Shown one piece after another: positions 31,952 through 32,000 of a stretch of 32,000 nt of DNA; within the stretch, counting starts at the first letter, position 1; each line of letters opens with the position of its first letter. Under the pieces are notes generated by a model, which was not told the origin of the DNA, did no database searches, and worked only from the letters and a program-made list of their open reading frames with translations. Made by a program: the position numbers and the translations under genes. Source of the stretch: Candidatus Saccharimonadota bacterium (lineage in GTDB: Bacteria > Patescibacteriota > Patescibacteriia > 2-12-FULL-60-25); contig CP064964.1 of NCBI GenBank assembly GCA_016699205.1, positions 120,001 through 152,000 of the forward strand, in the 5' to 3' direction.

Positions 31952-32000
31952 CAGGGTAGCCGGTCTGTGATATCAAAGAGCTCGCCAAGCCGGAGCTGTT

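Overview
Gene-dense bacterial chromosomal segment of roughly 50% GC. The code is standard: TGA, TAA and TAG all terminate long ORFs. Most genes are housekeeping: recG (5' end cut by the window), radA, a clpC-like AAA+ chaperone, htpX, lemA, phosphomannomutase, murI, rseP, pheS, pheT, dnaE, a beta-CASP metallo-beta-lactamase RNase, a multi-pass permease, a clan GH-A-like glycosidase and a DUF378 protein. I saw no rRNA, tRNA, CRISPR array, transposase or integrase. The gene content, including pilin-hairpin proteins, suggests a small-genome CPR/Patescibacteria-like organism, but that is inference only.

The accessory-looking part is a ~9 kb minus-strand operon (10045 down to 1201). It encodes a tail-anchored 802-aa disordered or coiled-coil protein, a TolB-like propeller and a DsbA-like oxidoreductase. 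It also encodes two paralogous proteins that combine a Cys-rich secreted head, a conjugative-pilin-like two-TM hairpin and different peptidoglycan hydrolase domains (lytic transglycosylase versus a papain-like peptidase). I do not recognise this combination as a named system, and it is my best candidate for something new.

Other points worth a second look:
- A ~360-nt candidate structured RNA on the minus strand at 17.0-17.4 kb, with its own promoter, a 16-bp closing helix and an intrinsic terminator.
- Two copies of a 77-89 bp palindromic MITE/REP-like element.
- Repeated TGnTAnAAT boxes 6-9 nt upstream of ATG codons, which implies leaderless mRNAs.
- An unusually high load of single-nucleotide disruptions: five frameshifts at homopolymer runs (recG, clpC, rseP, dnaE, a small membrane gene) and one in-frame TGA (beta-CASP RNase). 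These are most simply assembly or sequencing errors, but that needs read-level checking.
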